Positions 44,275 through 55,506 of a stretch of 64,000 nucleotides of DNA are shown piece after piece (the first letter of the stretch is position 1; every line of letters starts with the position of its first letter). The DNA is taken from the NCBI GenBank assembly GCA_965240325.2, contig OZ251233.1, positions 2,170,001-2,234,000 on the forward strand, read 5' to 3'. Made by a program: the position numbers and the translations under genes. The notes under the pieces are model-generated. The model searched no databases and was not told the DNA's origin. It was given only the letters and a program-made list of their open reading frames with translations. The stretch is from Rebecca billardiae RCC1528 (lineage: Eukaryota; Protista; Haptophyta).

Positions 44275-45157
44275 TAGCAGCAGATCGGGCAGCAGAGAAA
44301 AACACCAGGATCAGCGCTCCTCGCCGTCGTCTCCCCCCACCCCTCGTAGTCGCCCATCACTCCATTGCCAAGCATATACATATCTACTACTTAATTATAT
44401 ATTATATATATATGTGACGTTATAGGGAACTCAAGGTCGCTGGCTGTCTGTGTGGCCCTGCTCCCCCGCGCCTGATCGTCGGCGGCACGACGACGTCATC
44501 TGTCCTCGCCGCGTCGCCCCTCATGCAATGGCCTCTTGCTCTCGCCGCTGTCGCGTCAACCCGCCTGACGCTTCATCGTTTGCCCGCCCGCCCACCCTCG
44601 GCCTCTGGCGGATATAAAATGGGTTCCATACGTACGTGCACTGCAGTGTCAGCGAGCCATCAGCCTTAATCGACCTTGCTCAGTGACTGACGACTCGCGG
44701 GCGCCCTCTCGACCTCGGGCAGCAGCTCAACCGCCACGCCGCTGCCAGCGCCCGCTGTCGTTCGTTGCTCAAATCCCAACATAGCTAACCTGATCGTTCC
44801 ATGATCATCGGCGTGGTCGTCTACTCCACAACGCCGCGCGCCGCGACCATCCAGCTCCAGAGTCCAGTCGTACCCGACGCCTTGTACGAGCCGGGCATGG
44901 CGGAGTGGCTAGACACTGTGTATATATATATATACAGCATATATATACAGCATATATATATAGCATATATGACTGCTTCGAGACGACGGCTGACGATGCG
45001 TGGCACCGCGACCACCGCGGTGGCGCGCGCGCGTCGACGCCAGACGGTGCGTCGAGCTTCCGCTCGGCAATGGAGTGATGGGCGACTACGAGGGGGGGGG
45101 GACGACGGCGAGGAGCGCTGATCCTGGTGTTTGTCTCTGCTGCTCGATCTGCCGCTA
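44275..45157. mobile_element. ~880-bp element with ~97-bp TIRs and TAG termini (hAT-like)
   Basis: Arms 44275-44373 and 45062-45157 are inverted with a few mismatches; flanks TAGCTGGC and CAGCTTGC match 6/8, consistent with a decayed 8-bp TSD. Confidence 0.7.
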
Positions 45158-45202
45158 CAGCTTGCTGACTCTGACGCCTGCCCGTTGCATACCACGTCGT
45201 TA

Positions 45203-45532
<330 letters not shown>

Positions 45533-45729
45533 GATGAGGCCCAGCAATATAAGCCAGTGGCGCGGGTGGAGTGCATCACGCTGTCCTGACTCCTGACGAC
45601 GGCATGAGTGCACGCGCCCCGCGGAGCCAAGTTGGCGCGGTGCGATGCGCGGCACTCAGAGGGGCGAGAGACGACGCAGAACCATCATGCCTCTGGCGGG
45701 TCGAGCGTCTTGCTCAGGCGCAGAGCCGC

Positions 45730-48144
45730 TCACGCGAGTGAGAGCGCAGGCGGTGCCGCGTGGCCGTGTGCCCGAGCTCGCGACAGCACGGCCGCGACGA
45801 CAGCCACGGCGGCCGCGACGAGCGCGACCGCGGCGCTCGCGCGCGCCACGGTCGACGTTGGCAGCGCCCCGCGCGCGAGCCTCCCCCTGCCTGCCCCCAG
45901 CGCGGGCGCACGCGTGCCTAGCTCTGCGCGCAGCAGCGCGCTCGCAGCCGCGTGCCCGTCCGCCTGGCTCAGCCCCATGTAGCCCTCGATCGCTCCGGCG
46001 AGGCGCGCGAGGAGCGCCCCCATCGCGCGGTTGCCGCGCCGCTCGTCGAGCGCGCACAGCTCCTCCACGTCGTCCGAGGCGCCGGCGTGCAGCGTGCTCA
46101 CGAAGTCCTGGAACTTGCGCCCGCACGCGGGCTCCGCGCACACCGCCGCGCGCACCTCCGACGGCGGCGGGTCCGCGGTCGCCCCCGAGGTGATGTAAGG
46201 GCGCAGCGCGGCCGTGCACGCGTCGCAGATGTAAGAGATCGCGTGCGCTGAGAGAGCGAACATCTCCGCCTCCTTGCTGCTGGTGGGCTGCGAGCTGGCG
46301 AGCAGGGCGAGGAAGCCCGGCAGCGCCTGTGCGCGCGGGCGCGCACCGGGCGAGCGGTCGCGCGCGTCAGCCACGGACGGAGGGCCGACTCAGGCGGGCG
46401 GCGCGCGGCCGGGCACACGCACGCGCGCGCGCGCAGCCGCGCACCGAGCAGTCCGTGTCCTCGCCGACAGCGCAGAGCACACCCATCGCCTCGGCGGCCT
46501 TCATGTCCGGGTCGCCGACGAGCGGGCAGCGTCCGAGGCTGGACAGGTCGACCTCCTCTTCCTCCTCGCTCTCGTCGGGCGCCGCCGACTCAGCACCACG
46601 CGCGTGCGAGCTGCCGTGCCGCGAGTGCCGCCCGCCGCGCGAGTGCGCGGCGGGCTCAGCGGCCTGCTCGCTGTCCGCGCTGGCTGGGGCCGCGCTGCCG
46701 CCCCCCGGGGCCGCGCCGCCCGCGCTATCGGTGGCGGTGCCATTGGTGGGCAGGGCGTACACAAAGATGACTTGGCTGCGCGCCACACGCGCACACGGCC
46801 GGTCCACGCGCGATGTGGCGCAGCAGAGGCTCAGCTCGGCGCGCACGGCCGCGCCGCGCGCGCGAGTGTGCAGCGCGCGCGTGCGCATGCGCGTGCGCGC
46901 GCGCACCCCATCGTCTTCTCCTCGCGCACAAAGCGCGTGTACCCCTCGCCGAGGCACGTGCGCCCAAACAGCACGCCGCGCTTCCCCGCGGGCTTCTCGA
47001 ACGCCGGGTTGAGGCAGATCTGCTGGCAGCTCGTCGGCCTCGCCCCCGGCGGCGCGTCAGAGAAGTGCACGGCCTCGTGCATCCGCTTGGCGTCACACGG
47101 GTGCTCCGTGTCGTATGGCGGGTGCGAGGGCGGGGCGGAGAGGGCGGGCGAGGGCGAAGGTGCGGGCTGCTCGGTGGGCTCGGAGGCCTTGCGCGAGTGG
47201 TGGCCGTGCCCTCCGCGACGGCCACCGCTGTGCTCCTCGCCGTGCTCACGGCCGCTGCCATGCCGCTCCTCCTCCTTCGCCGCCTGCTGCTCCTCCGCCT
47301 CCTCCTGCCGTGAGCGCGAGGCCGAGCGCGCGCTCGGCGGGCGCGGGCCGTCGGCGTCGGCCGAGGGCTCGGTGTACCAGTGGACGACGTGTCTGTCGGA
47401 GAGCGTCGCCGTCGAGGCGTACACGGTGTACCCGTGCATCGCGCACGTCGTGCCGTACAGCAGGTCCGCCCCGTCGGCGCGCAGGTCGTACGATGGGTTG
47501 AGACACAGCTGCGCGCACCGGCCGCGCGCAGCACCGGCATCGGCACCTCCGCCATCCGGCCGCTGCACGAACGCGACGTTGGACCACGTGCGCGCAGGGC
47601 ACGGGTGGAAGGGGTCCTCCACAACCGCCTGCAGAGCCGTGGAGCCCGTGAGTGCGTCGTGCGCCAGCGAGCAGTAGTCGTACCTGTCGCCGTGCTCGAG
47701 GGCGGCCTGGCTGAGCGGGATATTCTTCTGCGGACGGGCACATGACACATTCGGACACACGGCACATCCGGAGGGGGCAGGCGCGCGTGGAAGCCGCGCG
47801 CGCCGGCGCAGGTGAGCGTCAGCGCGCGAGTGGGCGGGCTCGTAGCGAGAATGCAAGGATCTGCTAGGCCAGCGGCGGTGCGGCCGCGGACGCACCGATT
47901 GGCCCTCGATCCGCACACGCGTGTGCGCCGTCGACATGATCTCGGGCGTGCGCTCGCACGTCGACATGTCCACCACGCACCACGGCTTGGTCGAGTGCGG
48001 CCTGCGCGGGTCGCACCCGTGGAACCATTCGCCTCGGTAGTCCCATGTGACGAGGCATGTGCAGCCGCTCACCGTGCCGCTCGCCACGCCCACCGTCGCC
48101 GCCAGCACGAGCGCGCCGAGCTCGCGCGCGAGAGTGGAAGGCAT
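45730..48144 (-). CDS. Type I membrane protein with an FN2-like domain and two Cys-rich repeats; 4 exons (48144-47896, 47727-46907, 46775-46445, 46326-45730)
   Basis: Signal peptide; CTCLVTWDYRGEWFHGC...PWC...YDYC (FN2/kringle-like); two HPC...C.Q.CLNP...G.TC...GYT repeats; C-terminal TM. Three GT-AG introns (47728-47895, 46776-46906, 46327-46444) join three track ORFs in frame. Confidence 0.7.
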
Positions 48145-48306
48145 CGCGCCGCCGCCTGTTTGTCCTCCCGCGCCAACTGCGCGCGCGCGCGCCTCATCGC
48201 CGCAAATCGAGCCCGTCCGGCTCCGATCTGCGGTCGCCGCAGAGTCCGGCCGCCCTCCACGCGCCCGCCGGCGCGGCCGTGGGAACTGAGAAGCGCGCGC
48301 AGCACG

Positions 48307-49833
48307 ATGCCGCCGCCCATCAAGAAGAAGAAGAAGGGCCGGCAAGAGGGCGAGGCCGACGCTCCCCCTGCGGAGGGCGCGGGCAGCGGGCTCTCCGCCC
48401 TACTCGTCGGCGACCGAGCGCTCGTCGGTGCGGCGGCCGCGCTCTTCAGCGCGCCCGTCCCGCCCGCCGAGCCCGACCCCGCGCCGCGCGCAAAGCAGCC
48501 GCGGCCGGCATCCAAGCGCGAGCGCACGCCGGCCACGCCTGGCGACGAGCCCGCGGCGGAGGCCGACGGCGGGGTGGCCCCCGCCGAGCCCGCCCCCGCC
48601 TCGCCCGCCTCGCGCAACGCCGCCCTCCCGCGCACCCTCTTCGTCGGCAACGTGTCGCTCGGGTGCGAGCTGAAGGCGCTGCGCCGGCTGTTTGCGCACA
48701 AGGCCGGCCCGATCGAGTCGGCGCGGATGCGCTCGGTGGCGCTGTCCAACCCGAAGATGGGGCGGAAGGGCGCGGTGATCACCAAGTCCTTCGACGCCGC
48801 GCGCCGCGACTCGTACAACGCGTACCTCGTCTTCAAGCAGGAGGCGCACGCGCGCGCCGGGCTCAGCCTGAACGGCACGCAGCTCGAGGGCAAAAGTCTC
48901 CGCGTGGACATGGTGTGCGCGCGCGCGGTGTGCGCGGGGGATGCACGCGGCGCGTGGCACGCACGCCCGTGGGGACATGGTGCGCGTGCGCGGTGGGCGG
49001 GCGCGCAAAGGGCCAAAGGGCGGGGCGGCCGCGCGGCGCGGCGCGGGTGCGAGGGAGGGCTGCCTGCGTGCGCCGCATCAGAAGCACCAGCCGCATCAGC
49101 GGAGGGCCGACCTTGGCTGGCCCGCGCGCGCAACCGCGCGCCCGCGCGCCCGCAGGCGGCGCCACCGAGCTCGAGCGCGGCGGCCGCGCGCTCCGGCGGC
49201 AGCGGCGGCGGCGAGGCGGACGCTGACGAGGCCGCCGGCGCCGCCGGCGCCGCCGCCGCCGCCGCCGGCTTTGCCGCCGCCGGCTTTGCCGCCGGCGGGC
49301 AGTTCGACCGCAAGCGCTCCGTCTTCGTGGGCAACCTGCCGTTCGACGCGCAGGAGCAGGCGGTGCGCGAGCACTTCGCGCCGTGCGGCGCCGTCGAGGG
49401 CGTGCGGCTCATACGCGACCGCGAGGAGCAGCTGGGCAAGGGCTTCGGGTACGTACTGTTCGACACGCGCATCGGCGTCGAGCGCGCGCTCGGCCTGCAC
49501 GGCGCGGAGCTGGCGGGGCGGCCGCTGCGCGTGTTCCGCTGCGTGAAGGAGGGCGAGGGCGCGGGCGCGCACGGAAGGGGCCGGGGGGCGGGCGGCGCGC
49601 GCGGCGGAGGGACCAAGCGCGCGCGCTCGCCGGGCGGGGACGAGGGCGGGCGCGCGGCGCCTTGGCGCGGAGGGCGCGGCGGGCGCGGCGGGCGCGGCGG
49701 TGCGCGCGGCGGCGGGGCGCAGCAGCACGCCAGTCGAGGGCGCGGGCAAGGCTCCGGGCGGGGCGGCGCGGGCGCGCGCGGCGGAGGCGGAGGGCGTGGC
49801 GCCGCGCCTGCGCGAGGCCGGGGCCGCCGATGA
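48307..49833 (+). CDS. RBM34: Nucleolar two-RRM protein (RBM34/Nop12 family); intron 48913-49155
   Basis: RTLFVGNV, IESARMRSV, NAYLVFK, DRKRSVFVGNLPF, GKGFGYVLF and an RGG tail; KKKKK NLS; in-frame GT-AG intron. Confidence 0.85.
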   Translation: MPPPIKKKKKGRQEGEADAPPAEGAGSGLSALLVGDRALVGAAAALFSAPVPPAEPDPAPRAKQPRPASKRERTPATPGDEPAAEADGGVAPAEPAPASPASRNAALPRTLFVGNVSLGCELKALRRLFAHKAGPIESARMRSVALSNPKMGRKGAVITKSFDAARRDSYNAYLVFKQEAHARAGLSLNGTQLEGKSLRVDMVCARAVCAGDARGAWHARPWGHGARARWAGAQRAKGRGGRAARRGCEGGLPACAASEAPAASAEGRPWLARARNRAPARPQAAPPSSSAAAARSGGSGGGEADADEAAGAAGAAAAAAGFAAAGFAAGGQFDRKRSVFVGNLPFDAQEQAVREHFAPCGAVEGVRLIRDREEQLGKGFGYVLFDTRIGVERALGLHGAELAGRPLRVFRCVKEGEGAGAHGRGRGAGGARGGGTKRARSPGGDEGGRAAPWRGGRGGRGGRGGARGGGAQQHASRGRGQGSGRGGAGARGGGGGRGAAPARGRGRR

Positions 49834-51536
49834 GCGCGCGAGGGCCGCGCGCGCCCTGGCTGACGAGAAGCCCCGCGCAGCTGGCAGCTGGCAGCTGGCA
49901 GTGGGCACGCGCGCGCGCGGCCGGGCCATCGGCGTGCCGCGTCACTCGCTCACGTGTGCTGCCACCGACGTGGGCTGCGGGGCTGGCGCGAGTGCGCGCT
50001 GCTCCAACCGCATGGCGCCATTCCGCGCCTACTCTGCGCGTGCAGCCGGCCGCGTCTCGCCCTTGGGCTGCCGCCAGGCGGCGCCCACCGCAATCAGCCA
50101 GTCGTGAATGAGCGCCAGGCGTGACACTGCGACGGTTCTGACGACCATTGAGCCGTGACGGCGGTCGATATAGCTGCTTAGTCGCCGACGATTGACGATG
50201 TAGATCGACTCATAGAGCAGGCTCCAACGCGACGATGATGACGTCTCAGAGTCGTCAGTCAGACAGACAGCCCACGTACGTAGCCGCTCTGAGTCGTACA
50301 CGACAATATCGCGCATCACGACAACGTGACGACGACGACAGCAAACAATTCTACGACGGCCGCCGCGGAAGCCCGAATCGGATGACTGCCGCGTCGCCAG
50401 CGGCTCAAAGCCTCAACTACCCTCAAGCACCAGAGGCTCGTCAAGCTGTCTGCGGCTCAGCTCAGCGGCAGATCCGAACTCATCCGTCTGTGAGTCATCG
50501 GATCATCCGACGGACCGGGTGTCATCAATCACAGCCCGTGTGAGTCATTGCCATTACTGATTAAGACCGCCGATTCGGGTGCGGTGGCAGCCACTCACTC
50601 ATCACTCAGCCCGTCTATCTAATTCTACGTCAGGACCAGCCGGCAGCGGGTCCGTTGACCCGTCACTGTCAGCGCGGGCCGGCGCGTGTCAGCGTACGGC
50701 GCGTCGGCGGCGGGCCGCGTCGCCGACTCGTGACCGAGTTATTGCTGAATGCTGATGGTATTGGTAACTTATTGCATGCCACATGGCGCTCGGGCCGCGG
50801 CTCACTGCAGAGTCACTGCTCATCAACTAGGCACTATAGCTATATGATACCGCGGCCGAGTCCGAGAGAGTCAGCTGATCAGAATCATATCACTGCTGAA
50901 TTCACCGCTGCTGATGATCACATTGTATATCATTAAGAATAATAAGATCTTAGCAGACCGAGACTCGTCCATGGACGACGACTCGGACGACGAGGATGCG
51001 CAGCAGTCCGGGGCAAAGCGTACCCTGCACGCCGCAGCAGCGCCAGCCGCCGCCAGCAAGCCAGCTGAGCAGAGCGGCAAGCGCGCACGCGGCCGCGCAG
51101 GGGCACACGGGGACGACTACATCACCGCCGGATCACCCGCCAGGGCCCAGCGGCTGAGACGGCCGTCTGACATCCGGACCTGCACCCTCGCCCTCGCTCG
51201 GGGCACAGCAGGTCCATGCGAGCCGCGCAGCGCAGGTGGATCGCGCTCCAGCAGCTCAAGGCCGCGCTCAAGCCATTCGATCGCGGTTCAGGCTATGCTC
51301 TGCCACCAGCGCCGACTTTGTCGACGATCGGGCACTGCCGACGACGAATCAGGAGACCTGCGCCGTCCTACCTGTGTCGTTAAATCATCATAGAATGAGT
51401 CTAATGTCTATTGTCGGTAGACTCGGTACTGTCCGTCGGTAGCCGATCGATGACGACTGTGATTTACCTATACAGATGATCGATATATCGATCAATATCG
51501 ATCGATGATGATGATCCGTGCGCCCGTCCCTCCACG

Positions 51537-52601
51537 TCAGTCTGCGACGGCGGTGCGGCGGCGGACGAAGGCGAGCATGCGCCGCTTGGGCTGCTGCTGC
51601 GCGCCCTCCTTGCCCTTGGCAGCGCCGCCCTGCTTGCCAGCCAGACTCTGCGGTGCGGGCGCTGGGTTGGCCGCGCCCGGGCTGAGCTGGCCGAGCGGCG
51701 CGCGGTGGGAGTCGGGCGCGCCCTTGCGCAGCTTGAACGAGAGCGAGCGCGACATGCCCTTCCCCTTGCCGCCTCCGCCCGTCTGCTTCGCCGCCGCGCG
51801 CGCGGCCACCTGCGCGCGCCTGTTGCGCTCGTTAGCCGCGCGGCCGCGCGCGACGTGCCGGCGCCAGCCCGCCTGCATGCTCGTCGCCGCCGCGCGCTCG
51901 AGGCGCGCGAGCTCGCTCGCCTGGCGGCCCTGCCGCCCACGAACGTGCGCCTGCACCGTGCGCGCCGCCCGCAGCGCGCGCAGCCGGTGCAGCCGCGCGA
52001 CGAACGCGCGCGCCGCCGCCTGGATGCGCACGGCCGCGCGCAGCTTGTCAGCGCCGCTCACGCGCTCGAGCAGCTGGCGTGCGCTTGCGTACGCGCCCTC
52101 GGCGCCGGCGCGCAGCTGCGCGAGCGCAAGCGTCGCATTCTCTTCCACCGTCGACGCCCGCGAGCGCGTCGACGCCGCGCCCACCGAGCCGGTGGGCGAG
52201 GAGGCGAGAGAGGACGGCGCGGAGCGCGCGCGGCGGGAGCCGCGCCGCTTGAACGAGAGCGCGCGCACGATGGGCGCGACGATCGTCTCGTCGATCTTGG
52301 TCTCGACGGCGTTGTACTCATCGAGCGTGGCGAGTCCCTCATGGCGCGGCATGACGCCGATCTCGAGATGGCCGGACGCCTCGCGGAGCGCGCGCGCGGC
52401 CTGCGCCGCGTTGTGCACGCGCACGCCGTTGATCGTCTCCACCGCGTCGCCGGGCTTGAGGCCGACGCGCTCGGCGAGCGAGCCGCGAGCGACCCGCTCG
52501 ATGATTGGCACGTTTTGCGTGCCGTCGTACCACGATGGATCGGCGAGCGCCAGCCCGATGGGCTCGTCGCCCGTCTTGCTCACGACGTAGTGGATGGGCA
52601 T
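51537..52601 (-). CDS. PDZ domain + IQ motif protein
   Basis: PIGLAL...IIERVARGSLAERVGLKPGDAVETING (PDZ); IQAAARA, VQAHVRG and MQAGWRR. Confidence 0.85.
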   Translation of the reverse strand: MPIHYVVSKTGDEPIGLALADPSWYDGTQNVPIIERVARGSLAERVGLKPGDAVETINGVRVHNAAQAARALREASGHLEIGVMPRHEGLATLDEYNAVETKIDETIVAPIVRALSFKRRGSRRARSAPSSLASSPTGSVGAASTRSRASTVEENATLALAQLRAGAEGAYASARQLLERVSGADKLRAAVRIQAAARAFVARLHRLRALRAARTVQAHVRGRQGRQASELARLERAAATSMQAGWRRHVARGRAANERNRRAQVAARAAAKQTGGGGKGKGMSRSLSFKLRKGAPDSHRAPLGQLSPGAANPAPAPQSLAGKQGGAAKGKEGAQQQPKRRMLAFVRRRTAVAD

Positions 52602-52751
52602 GGTCGGCGACGACGCGAAGGACGGTGGAGCGTTTCGCGGTCCTCTGATCGCGCGCGAAAATTTGGCCGTTTTCGTCGTCCGGATCCAACTTTTATTCCG
52701 CCTGTGCGTCCGGAGCGCCGCTGTCCGGGCGACTTCGTCGTCGGCACAAGC

Positions 52752-53609
52752 ATGGCGGCGCCCATGATGTGCCCGGCCGTGATGGCCATGGCGTTGATTG
52801 CTGGTGAGCCGGCGGCTTTCACGCGTCGTCTCGGGATGACGCGCGCCACAGCGCTCGTTCCAGCGATGCTCGTCGACCGCTTGGTCGGCCCGACGCCCGC
52901 GCTCGCCGCCGACGACGCCGCCGCGCTCAACGAGGCGGCCAACAAGGCGATCCGTCTCTTCAATCGCGGCAAGTACGACGAGGCCCTTGCCGCATGGCAG
53001 CAGATCGTCGAGCGCTTCCCTGGCAGCTCGCTAGCGTACCAGAACCTCGCGACCAGCGAGCTCATCGCCGTCGCGGGCGAGCTCAAGCTCGACGAGCTCC
53101 CGGCACGCGGCGAGGCGGCGCGCCGGCTGGAGGCGGCGCTGGAGCACTTTGCGACGGCGCGCCGGCTGGCGGACCCCGACGACGGCCCTGACGTGCTCGC
53201 GCTCAACAACGAGGGCAACGCGCTCGGGCTGCTCGGTCGGTACGACGACGCGCTCTCCAGGTACAACGCGGCCGCCGACGCCGCCGACCGCGAGTTCGAG
53301 TCGATCCCGCGCGCCAACGCGGCGCTGACGCTGCTGCAGCTGGGCAAGCCCGAGCTGGGCGCGCGCGAGGCGGAGGCCATCGTGCGGCGCGACCCGGGAT
53401 TCGTGGACGGCTTTGCGATTCTCGTCGCCTGCCGCTGGCGCCAGGGCGATCGGCTTGCCGCCGAGCGCGCGTACCGGCGGCTGTGCCAGGAGGAGGCGTG
53501 GTGCTCCCTGTACAGCGCGCCCGATGTGGTCAAGGGCAGGTGGCCGCCCCTCGCCGTGGCGGCGTGGGCCGACTTCTTGGCTGCGTCGCGGGCGCCGGCC
53601 CCCGCCTGA
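52752..53609 (+). CDS. TPR-repeat protein, probably targeted to the thylakoid lumen
   Basis: TRR...hydrophobic...PALA presequence; TPR motifs GKYDEALAAW and ALNNEGNALGLLGRYDDALSRY; C-terminal RWPP...FL as in algal/cyanobacterial TPR proteins. Confidence 0.8.
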   Translation: MAAPMMCPAVMAMALIAGEPAAFTRRLGMTRATALVPAMLVDRLVGPTPALAADDAAALNEAANKAIRLFNRGKYDEALAAWQQIVERFPGSSLAYQNLATSELIAVAGELKLDELPARGEAARRLEAALEHFATARRLADPDDGPDVLALNNEGNALGLLGRYDDALSRYNAAADAADREFESIPRANAALTLLQLGKPELGAREAEAIVRRDPGFVDGFAILVACRWRQGDRLAAERAYRRLCQEEAWCSLYSAPDVVKGRWPPLAVAAWADFLAASRAPAPA

Positions 53610-54177
53610 CCGCCACGTGCCACATGGTACGTGCTGAGCGGTGGACCCATTCGGTGGCTCCTCCGCGACCGCACGGCTCAGAACGGCGTGGCAGAGCTCT
53701 GGGCGGAGGGCCCTGCAGCCTGGCGACTGGCAGGGCGCGTCCGGTCAGTCCGGCTGACGTTGACAGAGAGGCCGAGCACCGGCCCACCGGGACGCGGCGT
53801 GGCGCCGAGTCAACAATGGCACCGATGAGGTTGCTGCTTCTTTGCGCCTGCCCCGCCTTGATGATGGCACAGCCGCGCGGTGCAGGCCGCCGCCACACTC
53901 GATATCACCCGCGGCCCGTCTTATTGAGACAGTGCGTCCCGGCGGCGGCGCGTGTGCTCATATTCTGATCGCGGAATCAGTCGCGCGTCGTCGTTACCAG
54001 TAGCAGTCGTCGTGATGACGATATGTCGCGGCAGACTCGCGCCCTGCGAGTGCGGCGTGGATCATCGCGGCGCAGCCCGGCCGCCCTCGGGCTCGGCTGG
54101 CGTCTGGCACCAGCACTCAGCAGCTGACTCCCGAGCAGCGCTGCGCATCGCGGGTCCGTTCTTTAGCCGGCATGCCA

Positions 54178-55107
54178 TCAGTGGTCGTCGTCGTGCGTCG
54201 GCGTATTGCGCATGCGCGTGACAAACTCTTCTGCATCCGCGCGGCCCCGATCATACCAGGATCTGAGCACGGCCGGTGGCGCCCCACCTGCGCTCGCCGC
54301 CGCGCGCACGTTGCCCAAGCTCACATACACTCGCAGCCCGGCCAATGCCGGGGCCCAGCCTGGAATGCGCGCGCTGCGGTCGTCTGGGCAGAGGTGCATC
54401 CGACGCGCCGGCCCCGGCTGCTGGCGCGGGCCGGATAGCGGCGAGACCGTGAGCACGTCCAGCCCGAGCTCTTCCGGCGGCAGCGGTAGCGCAGCGGACA
54501 GGCCCCCGTCCACATACGCGCGCACACCCGCCTCCCACTCCGCCGGTGCATGCGCGGGCGCAGCTTGCTTGCGTGCACTCGCGCCGCCGTCGTGCTCGCA
54601 GCTCAGCGGCACGAAGATGCCATCGCGAGAGGGGTACCGCGGCGGTGACGCGCGGAAGAGGAGGTCGAACGGGTGTGCCGACTTCGGGATGGCGCACGAC
54701 GCGAGCACGCACGTGAGCAGTGTCTCGGCGCTGCCGCCAAACTGCGAGAGGAGCGCGCGTCGCGAGGTCTCGCACTCTGTCGCGCCGAGGAACAGGCGGC
54801 CGTTTGCGCGCGTGAGAGCAGAGGGGGCGACCGCCCCGCCGGGCGAGAGCTCGCGCGCCAGCTGCCCAAACGCGTCGCCTACGACCGCGCTGTCCACCAA
54901 GCGCACATCGGCGGAGCCGTCCTCGGGCAGCAGCGCGCACGCAGCCGCTGCGATGGCCCCGCCACTCGTGCCGACGAAGGCGTCGACGCGGCCGGCCCAC
55001 GAGGACTCGCGTAGCACGTGCTGCGCAACCCCGAGGTGGTAGCAGAGCAGGTGCCCCGAGCCGCTGAAGCAGAGCGCGAGCGGTCGTCTGAGGCCGGTCG
55101 TCGCCAT
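54178..55107 (-). CDS. Patatin-like phospholipase/lipase (PNPLA/ATGL-like)
   Basis: FSGSGHLLCYHLGV oxyanion loop, GTSGG nucleophile, LASCAIP and YVDGGL; ATG at 55107. Confidence 0.9.
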   Translation of the reverse strand: MATTGLRRPLALCFSGSGHLLCYHLGVAQHVLRESSWAGRVDAFVGTSGGAIAAAACALLPEDGSADVRLVDSAVVGDAFGQLARELSPGGAVAPSALTRANGRLFLGATECETSRRALLSQFGGSAETLLTCVLASCAIPKSAHPFDLLFRASPPRYPSRDGIFVPLSCEHDGGASARKQAAPAHAPAEWEAGVRAYVDGGLSAALPLPPEELGLDVLTVSPLSGPRQQPGPARRMHLCPDDRSARIPGWAPALAGLRVYVSLGNVRAAASAGGAPPAVLRSWYDRGRADAEEFVTRMRNTPTHDDDH

Positions 55108-55506
55108 CGTGTGAACGCACCGTCGCCGGCGCTGCGAATTATTTATTGATGATGCATTATTAATATAATTCGTGACGAACGCGCGCGAGAGAGAGAGATC
55201 TACAGGGGTCTCAACAATTAGCTGTATCTCTGTTTGTACCACTGGACAGGCATGTGAGCACTTGATTGCCTGGCTAGATGTGGTCTAGCACAGCCCATGC
55301 TCCCTGGCCATTCTGACGAGTGGGTGGCTGCTTGGCCAGCTCTCCATGCTGGGCTGTGGTGCCATCCAGAGTGCGCATGTGCAGCAGCCCAGGTGGGTGC
55401 AGCGAGGGGTGCGGCAGGCAGCAGTGGGTGGTCAGCTTGAAAATCCATGCAGGCCAGCCACCAGCAGCTAGGCTGCAGAGCTCTTGGCTGCACCAGCCCC
55501 ACTCCA

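Noticed and set aside
50971-51393. Short ORF MDDDSDDEDAQQSGAKR...
   Set aside because: The protein-like start degrades quickly and has no domain; it may be a gene or TE fragment but cannot be supported.
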